24,000 bases of DNA from Algoriphagus jejuensis (lineage in GTDB: Bacteria > Bacteroidota > Bacteroidia > Cytophagales > Cyclobacteriaceae): assembly GCF_039523455.1 (NCBI RefSeq), contig NZ_BAAAFI010000040.1, positions 1 to 24,000 of the forward strand, read 5' to 3'. Each line of letters opens with the position of its first letter. The first letter of the stretch is position 1. The translations under genes were made by a program, and so were the position numbers. The notes under the pieces were generated by a model. It did not search any database and was not told the DNA's origin. It was given only the letters and a program-made list of their open reading frames with translations. Shown in pieces: positions 20,873 to 24,000 of the stretch.

Positions 20873-22177
20873 TTACAACATCTCCCTCACCATCACCATG
20901 ACCTTTTCCATCTCCCGTCGCACAACTGAGGCCGTGTAGGGGTAGTTGGAGTTCATAAAGGCGAAGCAATAGGTTTTGCCGCTTTTGGTTTTGATCAGGC
21001 CGACGAGGCTATGGTTGTTGCTCATTGTGCCGGTCTTGGCAAATATGTAGGGCTGCGCTGCCCTGTAGCTGTTTTTCAGTGTACCGCTCTTGCCTCCGGT
21101 GGGCAAAATCTCGTAAAGCTGATTCTCGGGAAGGATTCGATACAGCCTTTCAAAAAGCGCCACCATGGATCGGGGTGTAAAAAGATTGTGTCGGCTCAGT
21201 CCACTTCCGTCTACCCAGTTTGGTTGGTCTGGCAGATCGAAGAAATAGGTTTTTTGGATGTATTCGATGGCGCGCTCGGTGTCCAGATTTTGAAAAAGGC
21301 GGTCGGAAACCATCAACATCAGCTGCTCGGCGATGAAGTTGTCGCTTTCGAGCATCATTTCTTTCAGAAGGGGAAAAAGCGGAGCCCCCCTCCAGCTTTG
21401 GTTTTCCAGAGGCAAAGGGTCGGGACGGTAGATCCATGGTTTCCCAGTTTCCATGCTGGCAAATTCTGTAAAAAGCTCCGGCGAAGTGAGGAAGGGAATG
21501 AATTCCTCTTTTCCCAAGAACGTTGTTGGATTGTATTCAAAGGTATTGGAGTGGAAGTCCCGTTCCAGTTCTTTGATCGGACGGGAGGTAGTCGCAACCG
21601 TGCTTTGAAATCTTGCAGGAAAGACTTGCGCTCGGCTACCGATCTTTCTCACCTGAACCAAATTGCCATAGATCGGAAGGGAAGTCCGCTCTGCCGCATA
21701 GTCGTAGTAATAGTCGTCCCACTGCCAGCCGTAGCCGAAAACCGGTGTGAGCTGATTCGCATCCGAAAAGACGACAGCCTTGAACGGGGCAAGAAACCGG
21801 GTAAAATCCGGTTGGGCAAATTCCATGTATTTCCAGCTCGGATCACCACTTCCCCATATTCTCAACGTGTCGCCATCCGTCACATAGCGCAGCGTCTGGG
21901 TGCTGTCTTGGAGGATTAGAAGTGCGGAGAAAAGGGTGAACAGTTTTGTAGTAGAGGCTGGAAGAAATCGAATCTGGGAGTTTTTCTCAAACAAAACCCG
22001 CTGCGAATCCAGATCATACAGCATGAATCCAGTCATATGCCCGCTGAAAAAGCTGGTTTCTCCCAGAGCCGATTCCAGTTTGATGTATTGATCTCGGGTA
22101 ATTTGAGCGTTTGCTTCCCTGAGAAACAAAAGAAACAGCAAACTTACAAGAAGCTTAGTCGGGTAAAATTTGGTCAT
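20873..22177 (-). CDS. dacB: D-alanyl-D-alanine carboxypeptidase/endopeptidase, PBP4 (S13) family
   Basis: Motifs are SxxK (ASTTKLFT), SxN (ESDNFIAEQL) and KTG (FAKTGTM). A signal peptide is present. The 5' end overlaps the DUF423 gene by 23 nt. Confidence 0.85.
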   Translation of the reverse strand: MTKFYPTKLLVSLLFLLFLREANAQITRDQYIKLESALGETSFFSGHMTGFMLYDLDSQRVLFEKNSQIRFLPASTTKLFTLFSALLILQDSTQTLRYVTDGDTLRIWGSGDPSWKYMEFAQPDFTRFLAPFKAVVFSDANQLTPVFGYGWQWDDYYYDYAAERTSLPIYGNLVQVRKIGSRAQVFPARFQSTVATTSRPIKELERDFHSNTFEYNPTTFLGKEEFIPFLTSPELFTEFASMETGKPWIYRPDPLPLENQSWRGAPLFPLLKEMMLESDNFIAEQLMLMVSDRLFQNLDTERAIEYIQKTYFFDLPDQPNWVDGSGLSRHNLFTPRSMVALFERLYRILPENQLYEILPTGGKSGTLKNSYRAAQPYIFAKTGTMSNNHSLVGLIKTKSGKTYCFAFMNSNYPYTASVVRREMEKVMVMVREML

Positions 22178-22550
22178 TTCTTAATGCGGCGTAAAACAAA
22201 CCCAACCAGCCCATAATGAATCCGACACCCCCCAAAGGAGTTACAGCACCCCACCAAGTTCGCCCGGTTAAGGATAGAATGTAAAGTGATCCTGAAAACA
22301 ACAGAATTCCTCCAATGAAACTCCAGACTGTGAACGGCAAGCTTTTCCAGTTCGGTCGTACCAGTGCCAAAAGGCCAATAAAAAGCAATGCCAGCGTATG
22401 GTAAAAATGATAATCGACGGCAGTTTGAAAGGTATCCACTCGACCTGTATTGTTTAGAATTTCCGCCAATCCGTGAGCGCCAAACGCACCTAGACCCACC
22501 GCAAGCGTGCCTGAAAGGCCGGCTATCATGATGATGGTTTTTCCTTTCAT
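22155..22550 (-). CDS. DUF423 (YgdD-like) small membrane protein
   Basis: The 131-aa ORF has 4 TM segments and GLGAFGAHGL near the N-terminus, typical of DUF423. Its start overlaps the yggS stop as ATGA (22547-22550). Confidence 0.8.
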   Translation of the reverse strand: MKGKTIIMIAGLSGTLAVGLGAFGAHGLAEILNNTGRVDTFQTAVDYHFYHTLALLFIGLLALVRPNWKSLPFTVWSFIGGILLFSGSLYILSLTGRTWWGAVTPLGGVGFIMGWLGLFYAALRNDQILPD

Positions 22551-23227
22551 GTTTCAGAATAATTTCTTGCCCCAAATATCGCCGAACCGATCCGTACCAT
22601 CGTGCTGCCTTCCTCCTGGGCTATCCTATAGTCTCCGCTCATGCCCATGGAAAGTTCTTGAAGCTGAACAAACCTTGGAAGATCTCTTGCTTTCAGGGAG
22701 TCAAAGAGACTTTTGAGCGAGCGGAATTCCTTGCGGATTTGGGCTACATCCTCGGTGAAAGTCGCCATTCCCATCAGTCCTTTTATCTGGACATGGCTTA
22801 AAGCAGCGAAATCGTCTGAAGCTAACATTTCTTCCAAGTCACTTCCGTCAAAGCCAAACTTGCTTTCCTCCTCGGCGATGTGCATCTGCAGCAATATCGG
22901 AATGGTTCTGTCGATCTTTTTGCCTTGCTTATTGATTTCCTTGAGGAGCTTAAAAGAATCTACTCCGTGAATCAAATGAACAAACGGCGCGATGTATTTG
23001 ATCTTGTTGCTTTGCAGGTGACCAATCATGTGCCAACGGGTGTCGGCGGGCATCTCGGGCTGCTTGGTCTGGATCTCCTGAACTTTGTTTTCACCAAAAT
23101 CCCGAATCCCAGCCGCATAAGCTTTCTGAAGGTCTGGAAGGGGCTTGGTTTTGCTCACGGCAATGAGCTGACAGTCGGGGTTGATAAAGGATTTTTTTAC
23201 TGTTTGGAGGTTGGCTTTGATGTCCAT
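22547..23227 (-). CDS. yggS: YggS family pyridoxal-phosphate homeostasis protein
   Basis: The 226-aa ORF has a PLP-lysine context (LIAVSKTKP) and the motifs HMIGHLQSNK and MGMSGDY. Confidence 0.9.
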   Translation of the reverse strand: MDIKANLQTVKKSFINPDCQLIAVSKTKPLPDLQKAYAAGIRDFGENKVQEIQTKQPEMPADTRWHMIGHLQSNKIKYIAPFVHLIHGVDSFKLLKEINKQGKKIDRTIPILLQMHIAEEESKFGFDGSDLEEMLASDDFAALSHVQIKGLMGMATFTEDVAQIRKEFRSLKSLFDSLKARDLPRFVQLQELSMGMSGDYRIAQEEGSTMVRIGSAIFGARNYSET

Positions 23228-23276
23228 TGTATAATTTTAGACTTCACTTTTTGCTTTTTGAGCTTAAAACAAAGAT

Positions 23277-24000
23277 ATGGCAATCATCAGCACTTTGCTA
23301 AAAAAAGGGATCCGACTTCGGGAGAGTTTGGAACAGGAGTATTCCAGTCCGCTTGACCTACAAAAGGATCAGTTGAAGAAACTTCTACTCAAAGCCAAAG
23401 ACACCGAGATCGGTAGGAAGTATGATTTTCACGGTATCCTGAAGACGTTTCGGGAGAGTGATGGGACTTTTTATGAGACCTACAAAAGCCAGGTTCCAAT
23501 CTATGACTATGATTCAATCCACGCCGAATTTTGGCACAGGCTTCTCTCTGGCAAGAAAAACGTCACCTGGCCGGGAGCGGTCAAATACTTTGCGCTGAGC
23601 TCCGGCACTTCGGGGTCGGCATCCAAATACATCCCCATCACCAACTCCATGGTGAAGGCCATCAGGCGCACGGGGGTGAGGCAGATTCTGAGCCTTTCCA
23701 AGTACGATTTACCCGCTTCGCTTTTTACCAAAGGTATCCTGATGCTCGGAGGAAGTACGGATCTGGAGTTCAACGGAACCTATTTCTCCGGTGATCTGAG
23801 CGGTATCACTACCGGGAAGCTGCCGATCTGGTTGCAACGATTTTATAAGCCTGGAAAGAAAATTGCCAGAAATAAAAACTGGGGTGACAAGCTGGATCAA
23901 ATCGTGGAAAAGGCCAGAGACTGGGATATCGGGATTATAGCTGGTGTGCCGGCATGGTTGCAGATTCTGATTGAAAAGATCATTGAAAAATATCAGGTCA
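23277..24000 (+). CDS. GH3 auxin-responsive-promoter family protein (acyl-adenylate-forming superfamily), 5' partial at window edge
   Basis: It is not in the ORF track because there is no stop before the window end. My hand translation from the ATG at 23277 gives 241 uninterrupted codons (MAIISTLLKKGIRLRESLEQ...). The phosphate-binding-type motif FALSSGTSGSASKYIP is present, and the N-terminal layout is typical of bacterial GH3 homologues. Confidence 0.75.
   Translation, partial: MAIISTLLKKGIRLRESLEQEYSSPLDLQKDQLKKLLLKAKDTEIGRKYDFHGILKTFRESDGTFYETYKSQVPIYDYDSIHAEFWHRLLSGKKNVTWPGAVKYFALSSGTSGSASKYIPITNSMVKAIRRTGVRQILSLSKYDLPASLFTKGILMLGGSTDLEFNGTYFSGDLSGITTGKLPIWLQRFYKPGKKIARNKNWGDKLDQIVEKARDWDIGIIAGVPAWLQILIEKIIEKYQV

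Noticed and set aside
22174-22575. A 133-aa minus-strand ORF overlapping the DUF423 gene in another frame.
   Set aside because: The DUF423 frame gives four clean TM helices and the GAFGAHG motif. The alternative frame is Arg/Gly/Cys-rich with no motifs.
23507-23794. Two short ORFs from the track (23507-23773 minus strand, 23531-23794 plus strand).
   Set aside because: Both lie inside the uninterrupted GH3-family reading frame that starts at 23277, and neither has motifs of its own.

Overview
The window looks like a core chromosomal region of a Bacteroidota-type genome (Cytophagia/Flavobacteriia-like). That placement is an inference from gene content, TAnnTTTG-type promoter boxes and the general lack of Shine-Dalgarno sequences. 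Nearly all genes are on the minus strand.

Recognisable content:
- Histidine biosynthesis block hisG-hisD-hisC-hisB, followed by a cupin gene and a strong terminator.
- Peptidoglycan-turnover enzymes: a DUF1343/NamZ-like exo-muramidase, an LD-carboxypeptidase, a PBP4-type DD-peptidase and an SGNH hydrolase.
- An S9/DPP-IV-like peptidase, an FtsX-type ABC permease, a Dpm1-like GT2 and an ATP-grasp protein.
- A TPR lipoprotein, an SDR, and DUF4287/DUF5655, DUF4377/META, DUF423 and YggS proteins.
- A three-gene operon of hydrolase, ECF sigma factor and membrane protein.
- A GH3-family ORF running off the right edge, which the ORF track missed.

I saw no rRNA, tRNA, CRISPR array, transposase or integrase.

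Accessory-looking parts:
- A low-GC two-gene toxin-antitoxin-like islet (unknown small protein plus a DUF2283-like protein) at 11.7-12.25 kb.
- A very low-GC, apparently frameshifted, secreted Cys-containing gene at the left edge.

The most unusual signals are non-coding:
- A 9-codon His-rich mini-ORF (MLHHFHHSS) sits in the hisG leader, behind a good TTTG-N19-TAnnTTTG promoter.
- The intergenic spacers, especially inside the his operon, are built from tandem heptanucleotide arrays kept in a single 7-nt register.
- A family of GGATT/AATCC palindromic hairpins resembles REP/BIME elements.

I did not find a convincing large novel multi-gene system. The candidates are flagged with that caveat.
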